In this document: positions 1 to 9,551 of the stretch, piece after piece | How the letters are laid out: every line of letters begins with the position of its first letter | How positions within the stretch are numbered: the first letter of the stretch is position 1 | Source of the DNA: Abditibacteriaceae bacterium | GTDB lineage: Bacteria; Armatimonadota; Abditibacteriia; Abditibacteriales; Abditibacteriaceae | NCBI GenBank assembly: GCA_031372065.1 | Contig: JANMKN010000099.1 | Span: 1-20,146, forward strand | Length of the DNA stretch: 20,146 bases | Direction of reading: 5' to 3' | The notes under the pieces: model-generated | Told to the model about the DNA's origin: nothing | What the model saw: only the letters and a program-made list of their open reading frames with translations | Database searches by the model: none | Position numbers and translations under genes: made by a program

Positions 1-1
1 G

Positions 2-397
2 AAATTCTCGCCGCAGTTCGATAAAGCGGCGGGGCGTTATGTTTCCGATCCGGGCGCGGATGTTATGATTTGCTCGGATGCGGGCGCTGTGGGCTGGAAC
101 GGGCAGCGTTCGCGCCATGTAATTCACTGGGACACGCCTCACACTTCGATGACACATGAGCAACGCACCGGGCGGGCCTATCGCGTCGGACAGGAACACG
201 ACGTTTCTGTTGACACAGTGATGACAGATACGCCCTATGAACGCAGTCGCCGGCGTCGGCTGGAGCGCAAGGGCGCATTACGTGAAACGCTGACCACACC
301 TGCCGAATTGATAGATGATAGTGGACTCGCCATGAAAATCTTCAATCAGACACAGGCAGCACAGGCCCAATTGGTCAATCAGTCAGTCTCGTCGTAA
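2..397 (+). CDS. SNF2/SF2 helicase, C-terminal fragment (5' end outside window)
   Basis: Frame is open from position 2 (KFSPQF...); HELICc motifs V/VI: SDAGAVGWNGQ...IHWDTP...EQRTGRAYRVGQ. Confidence 0.85.
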   Translation, partial: KFSPQFDKAAGRYVSDPGADVMICSDAGAVGWNGQRSRHVIHWDTPHTSMTHEQRTGRAYRVGQEHDVSVDTVMTDTPYERSRRRRLERKGALRETLTTPAELIDDSGLAMKIFNQTQAAQAQLVNQSVSS

Positions 398-412
398 AAT
401 AACATGATGATT

Positions 413-436
413 AGGTGTGAACCATGGTTCACACCT
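413..436. promoter_or_regulatory. 24-bp perfect palindrome AGGTGTGAACCATGGTTCACACCT, putative operator (copy 1)
   Basis: Perfect inverted symmetry; the 18-bp core TGTGAACCATGGTTCACA recurs exactly at 18767-18784; contains GAAC-N4-GTTC. Confidence 0.75.
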
Positions 437-443
437 CCACTTT

Positions 444-488
444 AGGCCCAGAGCCGCGTTTCCCCGAAAAGGAAGCGCGGCTTTTTTT
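444..488 (+). terminator. Intrinsic terminator-like hairpin with conserved leader AGGCCCAGAGCCGCG (copy 1)
   Basis: Stem AGCCGCGTTTCC (452-463) / GGAAGCGCGGCT (471-482) with one G-U pair, 7-nt loop, followed by a T run. Confidence 0.8.
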
Positions 489-523
489 GTTTTTGCTTTG
501 CGCCTTTTGCTTTGAGGTCTTTT

Positions 524-886
524 ATGCCACTTCTTTCCGAACAGCAATTAATCGAACGCCACCGGCCCGGTTTGACGCATGACGCGGCGTATGCGCAAAA
601 GACTGTGGGTAGGGCGCAAACGCGCATCCACGGCCAACTGGCGCGGACACAAAGCCAGAACGCTGTGAATGTGCAGCGATTACAAGAGATCGTTGCTGCT
701 GCGGAGCAAAAGGGCGCGGCGTTGCAAAAGCAGTTGCCGCAGCTCTCGCAATTGGCTGATGTTGCGGTCGGCGAAGAACGGGACACATCGCACCGAAATT
801 ACCTGCAAGCCGTTCAGAATATCCAGCGTTGCACGCAAATTCGTGACGCGGCATCGCGAGAGCTAATTATAGCCCGCAACCATTGA
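524..886 (+). CDS. Hypothetical protein, 120 aa, Q/A-rich, probably alpha-helical/coiled coil
   Basis: GAGG upstream of ATG 524; fills the gap between the hairpin and the next gene; no recognised family. Confidence 0.65.
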   Translation: MPLLSEQQLIERHRPGLTHDAAYAQKTVGRAQTRIHGQLARTQSQNAVNVQRLQEIVAAAEQKGAALQKQLPQLSQLADVAVGEERDTSHRNYLQAVQNIQRCTQIRDAASRELIIARNH

Positions 887-909
887 TTGATTGATTTTAA
901 GGATTTAGC

Positions 910-1767
910 GTGACGGAACTTTTCGACCTCATTTCAACCAACGAACGTTTGACGAAAGGGCATGGCCCTGCACCCTTTCCTCCTCCCTACCCTGCCGAAA
1001 TTGTAGAGTTAGTTGTGCTTTCAGGGCGTGAAGCGCCGGGCGTATTGGCACCCGGCACCTATCGCTATGCGGCGATTGCGTTTTCTGGCGATGGGCAACG
1101 CGCGGCGCGGCGAGAAGCCCGCTGTTGTTGCGCCATTACAGAAGGGCAAAAACCAAGCATCGAAGCCTATACCACCGATTTAAACACGGTTGGTTTTGAG
1201 ATTTATCGGCAAGACGCTGATGAACCGAAAGAATCAACTGCATGGCTTCTTGTTGCGCGCCAGACGGGGCGCCACATCACCTTTGCAGATGATGGCAAGG
1301 CTCCCGGCGAGGCACTTTCGGTCGGGACTCAAATTGATTTGCTGGTTCACAAACATTCTCTGTTAAAGGCCACCAAAGAAGATGCTCTAAGCGGTGGGCG
1401 CTTTCTGCTGGATCACATAATGCGTTCGCTTGATGGTGAGATTCTGGCTACGGAAAAAACTCTGGCCCAACTCAAAACCCAATTCAGTCGTGAGATTCTA
1501 CATTTGATGATTTTCCAAGCGAATACAGCGGAGCTAAAGGCTTTCGTTCATCCGCAATCTTGTTCTGAGGGCGCGCTCTATGATTTGGCACTCGTTGAAT
1601 TGAATATGCGCCATGAGCTAAATAGCAATGAGACAACCAAACAAGAGGATTCCGACGAAGAATACGATGAAGATGATCGTGTTTTGGGCATTGAGAAAAT
1701 CCCGCACAGGCTTAAAGAGAGAAAACCTCCATTTCGCGCTTTGCGCAATCGTAGGAAATTGCCATGA
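910..1767 (+). CDS. Hypothetical, putative virion protein with FN3/Ig-like beta-sandwich domain
   Basis: Pattern GTYRYAAIAF..G ... GFEIYR ... LVA ... TFADDG resembles phage FN3-like domains; stop overlaps the next ATG (ATGA); LTKG and LLKA motifs flank the domain. Confidence 0.7.
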   Translation: MTELFDLISTNERLTKGHGPAPFPPPYPAEIVELVVLSGREAPGVLAPGTYRYAAIAFSGDGQRAARREARCCCAITEGQKPSIEAYTTDLNTVGFEIYRQDADEPKESTAWLLVARQTGRHITFADDGKAPGEALSVGTQIDLLVHKHSLLKATKEDALSGGRFLLDHIMRSLDGEILATEKTLAQLKTQFSREILHLMIFQANTAELKAFVHPQSCSEGALYDLALVELNMRHELNSNETTKQEDSDEEYDEDDRVLGIEKIPHRLKERKPPFRALRNRRKLP

Positions 1768-4700
1768 AATTTACAGTGCCTCTTGCCCTGTTTTTGAATC
1801 TAACCGAGAAGGTTGATTCTTTTCAAAAATCTATTTGCGCCGGGGAGCCTCCGTCTGGCTCTCCTGAAACGCCTTTTGCTGGCAGCAGCCATATGCCGCT
1901 GCTGCTGCTCGTCAACGAATTTTCCAAAGGTATCGGGTCGCGGCGCAATAATCCCCGCTTACAGCGTAAAAAAGTGTTGGTGCATGGCGCACAGGGCAAC
2001 TTGTTTTACGCCGAACGCTTGGTCGCACCTGATGAGTCGGCTGCATCGGGGTTTCAATTGCCGGAAGCGGGCAACACGCCACGTGTGCGGCAACGAAAAA
2101 GCGACAATGCCGCGCCGGTTTCGACCTCGGCGCCGGTGTCACAATCAAAGACTCAATCAACGTCAACAACTTCGACTTCGCCACCATCGTTATTTGATTG
2201 GGCCAACCAGCAAAAGCCGCAATTTACGCCACGCCCGAAAAAGGCAACGGGGCTTGCGCATTCATCCAATTCGCAAACCTCAACACTTTCACTTTTTGAT
2301 TTAATAGATGAGGGAGAATCGAGTAATGCAACCACAACTGGAAACGGGGCCGTCGTTACCAACGGAAGTGATGACAGCACAAGGCCCAGTCAAAATGCCG
2401 CTCATGACGAATCTGGACGAATGGGGCCGGGAGTTCGTGCGGACATGGACGCGCTGCCAACCGGAGACGGTAGCGCAGTGGATCAAGGACGGGACGCTGG
2501 GGCAGAGAGCGCGCGAGGCGCAGGAAGCGATGGCGGAGGAGATTTCGCTTCTGGTGGAACAGGGATTGACACTGCACGAAGCGAAGCACGACGCGACGAA
2601 GAAATATCTTCAGCCACCGGAAACGGAAGCGGAGATGCCGCAAGCGGAGATGCCGCACACGGAGAAGTAGAAGCGATGCCCGCCAAACGCACGGCACCGA
2701 AAGTTGCGGCGCGTGGCCTGAGCGACACCCAAAACAATGATGCCGATTTGGTTTTGACCGATGCCGACGAAATCGGCAAAGGATCGCTCGGCCAAAAGGC
2801 GAAAGACAACTTCGCGGCGTTGGATTTGTTGAAGCAGCTTGAAATTGAAGAGCGTGAACCTACCGATGCCGAAAAGCGCGTTTTGGCACATTATGTGGGC
2901 TGGGGCGCGTTCGGCCAAGCGTTTCAGGACGCTTTTGAACCCTATGCTGATGTCGAATGGAAGGACATCAGCGGCCACATCAAAACCTATCGTTTCAGTG
3001 GCGCTGATAAAGCGCACTTTGAGCTTTACAAACAAATCAAGTCACGTTTGACCGATGAAGAATTTGCCAGCGCGCGCGCTTCGATTAAAAATGCGCACTA
3101 CACAGCGCCGCCCGTTGTAAAAGCCATCTGGTCGGCATTGCAGCATATGGGCTTCACTGGCGGGCGCGTGCTGGAGCCTTCGATGGGAACGGGCAACTTT
3201 TTCGGGTTCATGCCGCCGGAGCTAACAGCGCGCAGTCGGCGCACCGGCGTTGAACTTGATCAAGTCACCGGCAAAATGGCGCGTTATTCGTATCCCGGCG
3301 CGCAAATCCACATCAAAGGTTTCGAGGAAACTCCCCTACCCGACAATCAATTCGACGTGGTGGTTGGTAATGTGCCCTTTGGCGATTATGGTGTCATTGA
3401 CCACGATTATGTCAAGCAGGGCCGTAAATTCTTAACAAGCCGCGTTCACAACTACTTTATTGCCAAAAGCATTGATAAGGCTCGGCCCGGCGGCATAATA
3501 GCCATCATCACATCGGCGGGCACTTTGGATGCCCGCACCGCGCAAGGCGTGCGTGAGGCGTGGGCTGATAAAGCGCATTTTCTGGGTGCGATCCGTCTGC
3601 CTAATACGGCCTTTGAAGAGAATGCCGGCACGCGGGTAACTACCGATATTATCTTTCTCCAGAAGAAAGACCCTGCTTTTGAAGCGTTGCACCCGCGCGA
3701 TGCAGAGGGGCATTTCATCGAAAAGTGGACGGAATCCGTTCCTGTGCAAGTGCGGCATAAAGATGACAAAGATGGCACTGGCCCCGACTACGCTGTGCAT
3801 CTCAATGAATATTTTCAAGCGCATCCCGATAATATGCTCGGCAAGTTGGCTGTCGGCGGCGGGCTTTACAACGACAAGCAAAGCGCTCTTGAAAGTGATG
3901 GGCGCGATATGGCTCTTGCTTTGGATGATGCTATTTTGTCGTTGCCTTCTGACATTTTTTATCGCCCCGAAGATGAAGCGGAGCGCGATGCGCAGGATCA
4001 ATTAAAACTGGCTGATGAAAGTATTAAGCCGGGCGCGTTTCACTTTGAAGATGGTGAAATCTACCAGAATCGCAACGGCCATCTGATGCCGGTTGATGTG
4101 AAAGACGCTAAAGAACGCAAGCGTCTGATGGGCCTCTGGCATCTGTGCCGCTCCTCCAAGGAACTGCTGGCCTCAATGTATGAAGATGTGCCCAATGAGG
4201 TGATTGAAGCGAAGCAGCAGCTTCTTAATCAGGCGTATGACAACTTCGTGCGCGAATTCGGGGACTTGCATAAGCGGCCCAACGTGCGCGCTTTCTGTTC
4301 TGACCCTGACGCTGGTTTGCTGCTGGCTTTGGAACACGCTGACCGCGAAACCGGCGCGATTTCCAAAGCGGACATTTTCTCGCAACGCACTATTACGCCC
4401 CACTCCACCGCCGAAACTGCATCTTCACCGCAGGATGCTCTGGGCATTGTTTTAAACGAATGCGGCGAACTGGATTGGCGGCGCCTCAGCGAACTGCTCA
4501 ATCGTGAGCCTGAAGGCATTCGTGATGAACTGGCCGGGGCCGGTCTTATCTTCCGTGACCCCGAAAAGGAAACCGACCCCGTTACCGCTGGTTGGGTGAC
4601 GGCTGATGCCTATTTATCGGGCGAAGTCAAGCAAAAGCTAAAAACCGCACAGGCCATTGCGGAAGTGGACGCTTCGTATAAGCCAAACATCGAAGCGCTC

Positions 4701-7700
4701 GAAGCGGTTCAACCACAGCCGCTTTTACCCTCGCAAATCGAAGTGCGGCTCGGCGCGCCTTGGGTGCCACCGCAGCACGTCAATGACTTCATCACGCATA
4801 TAGTGGGAACTGGTTACAGCAAGGATTTGGTGCAGTTTTCTAAGCATCTGGGCTGGACCATCAACGCGCTCGACCAATGGGATGCGCGGCGCGACAACGC
4901 GGCCATGACCAGCGCGTGGGGCACGCCTTCCATCAACGCCCTGAAAATCCTCGAAGCCACGCTCAATATGCGTGATGTCACGCTGACCAAACCTGACCCT
5001 AACGACCGGGAAGGTAAAAAGCGCGTCACCGATGTGGCGGCCACGCTCGCCGCGCGCGAGAAGCAGCGCCTTTTGAAAAATGAGTGGAAAAGCTGGATTG
5101 AAAATGATGCGGCGCGCCATGCGGGTTTGGCGGACCTTTACAACGAGATTTTCAACACAACGGCGCCGCGCGCCTTCGACGGATCTCATTTAACTTTTCC
5201 CGGCATGGCTGCTGGTTTTGCCAAAGGTTTTCGACAGCACGCAAAAAACGCTGTCTGGCGCGCCATTCAAACCGGCAACTGTTTGTTCGATCACGTTGTC
5301 GGCGCCGGTAAAACCGGCTGCATTGCTGCTACCACGATGGAACTGCGCCGCTTGCGTTTGGCAAAAAAGCCGATGATTGTGGTGAGGAATCCCCAGCTTG
5401 AGCAATGGGAGCGGGAATTTCGGGAAATCTATCCAAACGCCAAACTGCTGGTTATCAATGAAGGCATGGGCAAAGCCGAAAAGCGCCGGGAACTTACGCA
5501 TAAAATCGCGACAGGTGACTGGGACGCGGTCATCGTCGCGCAAAGCACTTTCAAAGAAATGCCTGCCTCGCCGCGCTTGTATCACGAGTTCATCGAAGAA
5601 CAATTGTGGGAATTACGCGCCGCGTTGGAAGAAGAAAATCAGCGTGCCTCAGCGCAAAACGGCAAAAAGAAATCGCGCTCACAGAAGAACATCGAAAAAT
5701 CCATTGCCAGCTTGGAAATCAAGCTGAAAACCATGCAGGCCGATGTCACAGAACATCAGGATCGCGGTTTGTATTTCGATGAGATGGGCGTGGATGCCCT
5801 GCTGGTAGATGAGGCGCACGACTACAAAAATTTGTTTTTCGCCACCAAGATGAACCGCGTTGCGGGCCTCAATAGTTCTTCATCGGAAAAGGCGATGGAC
5901 TTGTTTGTGAAGTCGCAAAATATGCTGAAGAAAAATAATCAGCGCGGACTCATCTTCGCCACTGGCACGCCGGTTAGCAATACGCTGGGCGAAATGTATA
6001 CGATGAAGCGCTATTTGATGCTGCCAAAACTCAAAGATTTGGGCTTTGACCGCTTCGACTCGTGGGCCGCGACTTTTGGCGATACGGTGACTTCGATTGA
6101 AAAGGCGCCTGAAGGCGGATTTCGACAACGCACGCGCTTTGCAAAATTCGTCAATGTGCCGGAAATGGTCGGCCTGTATCGTCAAGTCGCGGACGTGAAA
6201 ACCCGCGATGATTTAAAGGATATTTTGCCAACGCCTGCGCTCGATGGCGGCGAACCGAAAATCGTCACGGCGCCCGCCTCACCTGAACTCAAAGCCTACA
6301 TGGAAACGCTGCAAGAGCGCGCGAAAATTCTTCAAGTCGGCGATGAAAACGGGCGGCGCCCCCTGCCCAGCGAAGATAACTTTTTGCTGATTACCTCAGA
6401 TGGCCGCAAAGCCGCTTTGGATTTGCGTTTAATGGTGCCGGGCGCGCCAGATAATTCTCATTCCAAAGTCGCCAAATGTGTGGCGAATGTGGCACGCATT
6501 TACGGCGAAAGCAGTGACCGCAAAGCAACCCAGTTGGTATTTCTGGACATGGGCACGCCGACTGGCGAAGCAAATAAGGGAGCAAATAAAAAGTCCAAAC
6601 CCGCCAAAGTCATTGTGAAAGGCGCGGCCAAAGGTTTACCTGATGTTGATAATGATGATCTTGCCGATGACAATGACGAAGGTTTGGACGCGGAAGAACA
6701 GCGTTTGGTGGGCAGTGTTTACGATGACATCAAGCGAAAACTCATTGCCGCCGGCGTGCCCGAAAAAGAGATCGCTTTCGCGCATGATTTCAACACGCCC
6801 GCGCGCCGCAAGGAAATGAGCCGCCTGATGGATACCGGGCAGTTGCGCGTCCTAATCGGCTCTACTTCCAAAATGGGCGTTGGCCTCAATGTGCAGCGTC
6901 GCCTTTATGCTAATCATCATTTGGATTGCCCTTGGAAGCCCGGCGAACTGGAACAGCGTGATGGGCGCATCCTGCGCCAAGGGAATATGCATCACGAAAG
7001 CCAGTGGGATATTCCCGTTCAGATTTATCGCTACGGCACAGAAGGCTCGTTCGATGAATATATGTGGCAAGCTGTAGCAAAAAAGGCGGCGTTTATTGCT
7101 CAGACGCGGCAAGGCGAGTGCGCACGAACCTGCGAGGACATGGACGAAACTGTCATGACAGCCTCTTCCATGCAGGCGGCGCTTTCGGATAATCCGCTGA
7201 TGGGCGAAAAGGCGCAAGTGGACTCTGATGTTTATCGTATGACCCAATTGCGCAAAGGCTACCTTGATAATCGCTTTCGCGTGCAACGCCAATTGGCCGG
7301 TTTGCCCCGACAGCGCGACGAGGCGCTCAAAGACGCCGAAGACCGGGAACTGGCGGCTGTTCACTTCGATAAGCATCGTCAGGAGAAATTCTCGCTGATG
7401 GTGAACGGGCAGGTTTATGATGATCGCCACGAAGCGGGCGTGGCTCTTTCGCACGCTCATGAAGCCGTGTTAGACGCGCTCGATCATCCGCCGTATGAAG
7501 CGAAAATCGGTCACTATCAAGGCTTTGACATCTATGCACAAGTCGCACCTGACCAATGGAGCGAGTTTGACCCGCTGGTTTCCAATCTGGCCTATCAACT
7601 GCGCACGCCGGACGGCAAGGGAAAGCGTTGGTTACACGCGGGCAGTTCAGCCGCTTCAACCACAACCAAAATTGACAACACGCTGAAAAACTACGCTTTT

Positions 7701-8192
7701 GATGCTGCCGATGCGCGCCGCCACGCCGAAACGCTGTCCCAGCATATCGCGGAATTCAAGGCGATTGTGGATAAGCCGTTCGAGCATCAGGAACAATTGA
7801 ATGCTGCTGTCAAGCGTCAGAACGAAATTGACGCCGAACTCGCCAAAGGCAGCGATGCCGATACCGCTGTGGCAGACGAAGAAACTACAAACGATGCGGC
7901 TGGCGACACTAAAGTTGAAGGGGCGATTGTGGAAGACAAATTGACCAAATCCGTGGAAAGCCACTCAATGTTTGGCAATGGTCTATTGCGCTTGATGAAG
8001 GCCCTCAGTGCTACGGGCCGGGGCCGCTTGGTGGACGGAAACTTTGAATATGTGCCGCCTGAAATCCGCCAAAAGGAAGAAAATCAGCAAAAACAGTTCG
8101 CCGATCTTCGCTTGCTCTCGTCGCAGTTTGAAATCGTAAACAGATTTCCAAATGCGTTACCAAAGGAGTTTTCTCGTGAGCAAATATTATGA
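1764..8192 (+). CDS. DarB-like protein: N6-adenine DNA methyltransferase + SNF2-family helicase, with a long low-complexity N-terminal leader
   Basis: MTase motif I RVLEPSMGTGNF and motif IV GNVPF; helicase Walker A HVVGAGKT, Walker B VDEAH, ATGTP, motif VI QRDGRILRQGN; same architecture as phage P1 DarB and ICE MTase-helicases. Confidence 0.92.
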   Translation: MKFTVPLALFLNLTEKVDSFQKSICAGEPPSGSPETPFAGSSHMPLLLLVNEFSKGIGSRRNNPRLQRKKVLVHGAQGNLFYAERLVAPDESAASGFQLPEAGNTPRVRQRKSDNAAPVSTSAPVSQSKTQSTSTTSTSPPSLFDWANQQKPQFTPRPKKATGLAHSSNSQTSTLSLFDLIDEGESSNATTTGNGAVVTNGSDDSTRPSQNAAHDESGRMGPGVRADMDALPTGDGSAVDQGRDAGAESARGAGSDGGGDFASGGTGIDTARSEARRDEEISSATGNGSGDAASGDAAHGEVEAMPAKRTAPKVAARGLSDTQNNDADLVLTDADEIGKGSLGQKAKDNFAALDLLKQLEIEEREPTDAEKRVLAHYVGWGAFGQAFQDAFEPYADVEWKDISGHIKTYRFSGADKAHFELYKQIKSRLTDEEFASARASIKNAHYTAPPVVKAIWSALQHMGFTGGRVLEPSMGTGNFFGFMPPELTARSRRTGVELDQVTGKMARYSYPGAQIHIKGFEETPLPDNQFDVVVGNVPFGDYGVIDHDYVKQGRKFLTSRVHNYFIAKSIDKARPGGIIAIITSAGTLDARTAQGVREAWADKAHFLGAIRLPNTAFEENAGTRVTTDIIFLQKKDPAFEALHPRDAEGHFIEKWTESVPVQVRHKDDKDGTGPDYAVHLNEYFQAHPDNMLGKLAVGGGLYNDKQSALESDGRDMALALDDAILSLPSDIFYRPEDEAERDAQDQLKLADESIKPGAFHFEDGEIYQNRNGHLMPVDVKDAKERKRLMGLWHLCRSSKELLASMYEDVPNEVIEAKQQLLNQAYDNFVREFGDLHKRPNVRAFCSDPDAGLLLALEHADRETGAISKADIFSQRTITPHSTAETASSPQDALGIVLNECGELDWRRLSELLNREPEGIRDELAGAGLIFRDPEKETDPVTAGWVTADAYLSGEVKQKLKTAQAIAEVDASYKPNIEALEAVQPQPLLPSQIEVRLGAPWVPPQHVNDFITHIVGTGYSKDLVQFSKHLGWTINALDQWDARRDNAAMTSAWGTPSINALKILEATLNMRDVTLTKPDPNDREGKKRVTDVAATLAAREKQRLLKNEWKSWIENDAARHAGLADLYNEIFNTTAPRAFDGSHLTFPGMAAGFAKGFRQHAKNAVWRAIQTGNCLFDHVVGAGKTGCIAATTMELRRLRLAKKPMIVVRNPQLEQWEREFREIYPNAKLLVINEGMGKAEKRRELTHKIATGDWDAVIVAQSTFKEMPASPRLYHEFIEEQLWELRAALEEENQRASAQNGKKKSRSQKNIEKSIASLEIKLKTMQADVTEHQDRGLYFDEMGVDALLVDEAHDYKNLFFATKMNRVAGLNSSSSEKAMDLFVKSQNMLKKNNQRGLIFATGTPVSNTLGEMYTMKRYLMLPKLKDLGFDRFDSWAATFGDTVTSIEKAPEGGFRQRTRFAKFVNVPEMVGLYRQVADVKTRDDLKDILPTPALDGGEPKIVTAPASPELKAYMETLQERAKILQVGDENGRRPLPSEDNFLLITSDGRKAALDLRLMVPGAPDNSHSKVAKCVANVARIYGESSDRKATQLVFLDMGTPTGEANKGANKKSKPAKVIVKGAAKGLPDVDNDDLADDNDEGLDAEEQRLVGSVYDDIKRKLIAAGVPEKEIAFAHDFNTPARRKEMSRLMDTGQLRVLIGSTSKMGVGLNVQRRLYANHHLDCPWKPGELEQRDGRILRQGNMHHESQWDIPVQIYRYGTEGSFDEYMWQAVAKKAAFIAQTRQGECARTCEDMDETVMTASSMQAALSDNPLMGEKAQVDSDVYRMTQLRKGYLDNRFRVQRQLAGLPRQRDEALKDAEDRELAAVHFDKHRQEKFSLMVNGQVYDDRHEAGVALSHAHEAVLDALDHPPYEAKIGHYQGFDIYAQVAPDQWSEFDPLVSNLAYQLRTPDGKGKRWLHAGSSAASTTTKIDNTLKNYAFDAADARRHAETLSQHIAEFKAIVDKPFEHQEQLNAAVKRQNEIDAELAKGSDADTAVADEETTNDAAGDTKVEGAIVEDKLTKSVESHSMFGNGLLRLMKALSATGRGRLVDGNFEYVPPEIRQKEENQQKQFADLRLLSSQFEIVNRFPNALPKEFSREQIL
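2326..2670 (+). CDS. Nested (+1 frame) 114-aa ORF inside the DarB-like gene; TnpV/DUF1896-like helical protein
   Basis: GAGGGAG (2310-2316) 9 nt before ATG 2326; amphipathic globular-looking sequence (WGREFVRTW...PETVAQWIKDGTL...LVEQGLTLHEAKHDATKKYLQPPE), while the host frame here is G/D/S/A-rich low complexity. Confidence 0.6.
   Translation: MQPQLETGPSLPTEVMTAQGPVKMPLMTNLDEWGREFVRTWTRCQPETVAQWIKDGTLGQRAREAQEAMAEEISLLVEQGLTLHEAKHDATKKYLQPPETEAEMPQAEMPHTEK
2627..2656 (+). repeat. 15-bp exact tandem duplication AAGCGGAGATGCCGC x2
   Basis: 2627-2641 and 2642-2656 are identical; length is a multiple of 3, so both overlapping frames are preserved. Confidence 0.9.
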
Positions 8193-9531
8193 CCCCTTTT
8201 GCCCCAATTTAAGCAAGGCTGTGGCCTCTGGTTATCCCCTGCAAGGCCGGTTGAATTTTCAGGGTTTGAAGATTTCAATTGAGAATCGCAAGGGTTCTTA
8301 TCGCGAAGACAAGCATCACTCGCCTCCAAAATGGCGCAGTAAAATGTTTTGTCACTATGGCTACGTCAAAGGCAGCGAAGGCGTAGACGGCGATCATGTG
8401 GACGTGTTCGTGGGGCCTAATCCGGGCGCAACGCACGCTTACATCATCACGCAAGTGAAACCCTACAGCGGCGAATTTGACGAGCAGAAAATCATGCTCG
8501 GTTTTGATTCGGCCAAAGACGCCAAAGAAATGTATATGCGGCATTATGATACACCCAAATTCTTCGGCGGCATCGCGGCCATGCCGATGGCAGAATTCAA
8601 AAGCAAGGTGATGCACACGCTACACGGCTCCAAACTGATTAAATCGGTGTCAGGCAAGCCTTATTCGCCTACTTTATGCGCTGCCCTACTCTGCAAGGCC
8701 ATCGTGGTCGGTGGTGGCGAGGATTGCCCGCATTGCGGTGCCAGTATGGAGCGCGGCGACGATGGGAAATGCAACCGCTGCTTAAAACCGTGGCCGGCGG
8801 CAACCTTAGCCGTGCCGCACCCAGACGCCGATGGAGGCTGTAAAGGCAATTGCCCGCACTGCGGCACAACGATATTCGCTGATTCGGGGGAGAAACGCCG
8901 TCTTTGCCATCAATGCAGAGCGCCGTTTGACGTGATTCCGCAAGGCAAAAGCTACAGGTTGGAACCTCTCAAAAAATCGGTGGCCGCATTATCACAGGAG
9001 ACGATAGGGGCCTTGGGCAGTGTGAAATGGGTTTTGCCTTCGGCGTTTGAATTGGGCAAGGGCATCGGAGAAGAACTCGCCAAAAGTTTTAAAAGCCTCG
9101 AAGCCAAATTAGCGCCGTTCGGTTTAGGCTTGACTGACTTTTTGAAGAAACCGGATGATTCATATTATCCGCTTCCTGAAGGTGAACCGGTCATTTACAC
9201 CACGCCGGAAGTGCGACGTATTGTTTTAGCGCACGCCATGCAAGCTGCCCTGAAAATCACTCAACATCCTAAAGCGGTTATCGAAGTTGCGCGCGCGCGT
9301 CTGGCGCAAGGCGAAAGCATCGCCAATCAATTCTACGGCGGCGGGGTGGGAATGGAAAATCATCTGGCGATTTTGGCGGCCATTGAAATGACACCGACAG
9401 AGTTTCGTTTAGCTCTGGCGCGCTTGAAAGGTGAAATCACAAATGAACCGACGGACGAACTTGTGGACAGTGAGGCAGTGATCAGTGAAACACTCGCGCC
9501 GGAATTAGCGCCGGGCGAAATTGCGCTTTAG
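8176..9531 (+). CDS. InPase (inorganic pyrophosphatase-like) domain protein with two Zn ribbons
   Basis: GTG 8176 after AAGGAG; signature GLKISIEN.KGS.R...W...M..HYGYV.G..G.DGDHVDVFVGP...FDEQKIMLGF; CPHC..CNRC and CPHC..CHQC pairs. Confidence 0.85.
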   Translation: MSKYYDPFCPNLSKAVASGYPLQGRLNFQGLKISIENRKGSYREDKHHSPPKWRSKMFCHYGYVKGSEGVDGDHVDVFVGPNPGATHAYIITQVKPYSGEFDEQKIMLGFDSAKDAKEMYMRHYDTPKFFGGIAAMPMAEFKSKVMHTLHGSKLIKSVSGKPYSPTLCAALLCKAIVVGGGEDCPHCGASMERGDDGKCNRCLKPWPAATLAVPHPDADGGCKGNCPHCGTTIFADSGEKRRLCHQCRAPFDVIPQGKSYRLEPLKKSVAALSQETIGALGSVKWVLPSAFELGKGIGEELAKSFKSLEAKLAPFGLGLTDFLKKPDDSYYPLPEGEPVIYTTPEVRRIVLAHAMQAALKITQHPKAVIEVARARLAQGESIANQFYGGGVGMENHLAILAAIEMTPTEFRLALARLKGEITNEPTDELVDSEAVISETLAPELAPGEIAL

Positions 9532-9551
9532 GGCACACAAGGCATAAAACG

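Noticed and set aside
416..433. CRP or Rex binding site
   Set aside because: Spacing is TGTGA-N8-TCACA, not the N6 of canonical CRP/Rex sites.
1813..2304. 163-aa +1-frame ORF upstream of the nested gene
   Set aside because: R/C/Q/H-rich shadow-like composition, non-ATG start, no RBS; unlike 2326-2670 it does not read like a folded protein.
3432..7964. Long antisense and alternate-frame ORFs within the DarB-like core (e.g. 3432-4001, 6852-7460)
   Set aside because: Typical shadow ORFs opposite a conserved gene; no motifs recognised.
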